Part shown: one piece after another, positions 62,912 through 64,000 of the stretch | Position numbering within the stretch: position 1 is the first letter of the stretch | Layout: every line of letters begins with the position of its first letter | Assembly (NCBI GenBank): GCA_002293145.1 | Contig: DBCO01000010.1 | Coordinates: 217,759 to 281,758 of the forward strand | DNA: 64,000 nt | From: Akkermansiaceae bacterium UBA956 | GTDB taxonomy: Bacteria; Verrucomicrobiota; Verrucomicrobiia; Verrucomicrobiales; Akkermansiaceae | Direction: 5' to 3' | Made by a program: the position numbers and the translations under genes | The notes under the pieces: model-generated | The model's database searches: none | The model's input: only the letters and a program-made list of their open reading frames with translations | Told to the model about the DNA's origin: nothing

Positions 62912-63589
62912 ATGTTAAAAATGCTACCACTTTACCAACTCATCGCGTCGCTGTGCATTGCTATGGTGACACCAGCCCTGTCACAAGCCGATGCCGCGAA
63001 ATCGCCGAAAGTTTCGTTCCGCGTCACTCGCTTCGATCCTGGTGATGGCACCTCACCCAAGTTCCGCGTGGGTACGGAGCAAAAAGAATGCGAGGTGCCT
63101 TTGACCTCCATCGAAGGACCATTCTCGGCAACCTTGCGCGATGGCACGTACTTGGATTTTTGGGGGGCTGCTGCGGACAATCCTGAAATCTCGGTGGCGA
63201 TCGCGGCAAACGAACGCAAAGATCTGTTGTTGATTTTTTTTCCCGATGGGAAAACGTTTCGTTTGATGAAAGTGGTGACATCTGCTGATCGCATGCAAGG
63301 CGGGTACCAGATGATCATCAATACCACACCTGATGAGATCGGAGTGAAACTCGGGACGGCGGAGCCAGTGATCATTTCCTCGGGGAAGAGTGGAACTCTC
63401 AAGACTCCAACAGCGGCCAAAAATGCATCGATACCCGTAGTGGTCAACGTGAAAAAAGCGGGGAAGTGGACACTGGTGAGCACCGAAGATTGGCCCCATG
63501 AGCCAACCGTGCGAAAGTTCTTATTTGCGTTTGTTTCACCGCGCACCAAGCATTTGATGTTTCATACGGTCTCGGAGATGGTGGAATAG
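62912..63589 (+). CDS. secreted hypothetical protein, partner of giant pseudopilin-like protein (cassette B)
   Basis: 225 aa with signal peptide LIASLCIAMVTPALSQA. It begins 14 nt after the giant gene and is a distant homologue of ORF 25483-26139. Confidence 0.65.
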   Translation: MLKMLPLYQLIASLCIAMVTPALSQADAAKSPKVSFRVTRFDPGDGTSPKFRVGTEQKECEVPLTSIEGPFSATLRDGTYLDFWGAAADNPEISVAIAANERKDLLLIFFPDGKTFRLMKVVTSADRMQGGYQMIINTTPDEIGVKLGTAEPVIISSGKSGTLKTPTAAKNASIPVVVNVKKAGKWTLVSTEDWPHEPTVRKFLFAFVSPRTKHLMFHTVSEMVE

Positions 63590-63629
63590 TTGCAGAGCTC
63601 CGATTTCCCGTGACTGGCTCGCTTTTTTC

Positions 63630-63657
63630 TTGACGACATGAATACAGTGTCTAATTT
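63630..63657 (+). promoter_or_regulatory. candidate sigma-70-type promoter for the downstream LamG-like gene
   Basis: TTGACG (63630-63635), a 16-nt spacer, then TAATTT (63652-63657). A T-run (GCTTTTTTCTT) lies immediately upstream. Confidence 0.3.
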
Positions 63658-63727
63658 CGATAAACCAACTGTTGCAAATTGCTGTTGGTGAAACCCTAGT
63701 GAAAAAATCCCAAACCTCGATACGATT

Positions 63728-64000
63728 ATGTTAAAGTCATCATTGTACTTAAAATCATTGACCCTTGCCGCGTTCTTGCTTGGCGCGGGATCATCCGCAA
63801 AAGCGACTCTCGTGGGCCATTGGCTCAACGGCGATACCAATCTAACAGATGCCTCTGGTTTTACTACTGCTGGCACTCACGATGGGGTCGCAGTCGGGCC
63901 GAATGCTGGTTTGTTAGCTTACAGTTCCGATGTTCCCACGGGCTTCACGGGGCAATCACTCAGCCTCGTTGGCAATGTAGCTGTGAGTATTGCAAACAGC
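63728..64000 (+). CDS. partial CDS (5' end only): secreted protein with LamG/concanavalin-like N-terminal pattern
   Basis: My own translation from the ATG at 63728 gives MLKSSLYLKSLTLAAFLLGAGSSAKATLVGHWLNGDTNLTDASGFTTAGTHDGVAVG..., open to the window end (91 codons). The HW-x-(L/F)-x-G-D...D-x-SG pattern is common at the start of LamG-type domains of large PVC surface proteins. Confidence 0.45.
   Translation, partial: MLKSSLYLKSLTLAAFLLGAGSSAKATLVGHWLNGDTNLTDASGFTTAGTHDGVAVGPNAGLLAYSSDVPTGFTGQSLSLVGNVAVSIANS

Noticed and set aside
62932-63549. 205-aa ORF on the minus strand
   Set aside because: Antisense to the cassette B partner gene. The plus-strand reading has a signal peptide and a paralogue in cassette A.
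25483-63589. The idea that the two giant-gene cassettes are the inverted ends of a recent duplication or composite transposon carrying the 30 kb between them
   Set aside because: Similarity is only at the protein level (roughly one third identity by eye). No nucleotide-level terminal repeats were seen, and the intervening genes are mostly housekeeping (deoC, gluQ, apbC, msrB, mtnP, queF, htrA, fabD).

Overview
This is a 64-kb chromosomal window of roughly 50-52% GC (estimated by eye) containing one ~2-kb AT-rich islet. The gene content points to a PVC-superphylum bacterium, most likely Verrucomicrobiota. The supporting genes are a PSCyt2/PSD1 (DUF1549/DUF1553) protein, a PVC-type dehydrogenase with a CxxCH heme site and a discoidin domain, secreted ThuA and LamG-like proteins, and giant proteins with prepilin-like N-termini. 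I can support about 46 protein genes and one tRNA (tRNA-Asp GTC). I saw no rRNA and no CRISPR array.

Housekeeping genes recognised from motifs are gnd, opgG, opgH, glnB (P-II), panB, deoC, gluQ, apbC/mrp, msrB, mtnP, queF, htrA/degP, fabD, a MATE pump and a Gfo/Idh/MocA oxidoreductase.

Accessory or unusual content:
1. A jetA-jetB-jetC (MksF/E/B-like, Wadjet-type) operon is cut by the left edge, so the presence of jetD is unresolved.
2. An AddA-like UvrD helicase / PD-(D/E)XK nuclease has no AddB partner.
3. Two distantly paralogous, outward-facing two-gene cassettes lie at 25.5-29.7 kb and 59.4-63.6 kb. Each encodes a ~1177-aa protein with a prepilin-like N-terminus and a GspK-like C-terminus around a ~750-aa insertion, plus a ~220-aa secreted partner. 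No other pilus or T2SS genes occur in the window. I consider this the best candidate for an undescribed system.
4. A HUH/Y1 (IS200-like, RAYT-like) gene is bracketed by perfect 19-bp inverted repeats. A third solo copy lies 5.6 kb away.
5. A tRNA-Asp-proximal segment is bounded by 23-bp perfect direct repeats and includes the AT-rich islet of small envelope proteins.
6. A 1203-aa TerB-like + 2x FHA-like + ABCG-type exporter sits behind a stand-alone CHASE2-like membrane protein.
7. A Lys/Ala-repeat histone-H1-like protein is present.
8. An unknown tail-anchored protein is translationally coupled inside opgG-opgH.

All family assignments come from motif and architecture recognition without database searches. 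Start codons were re-chosen where the ORF track clearly over-extends.
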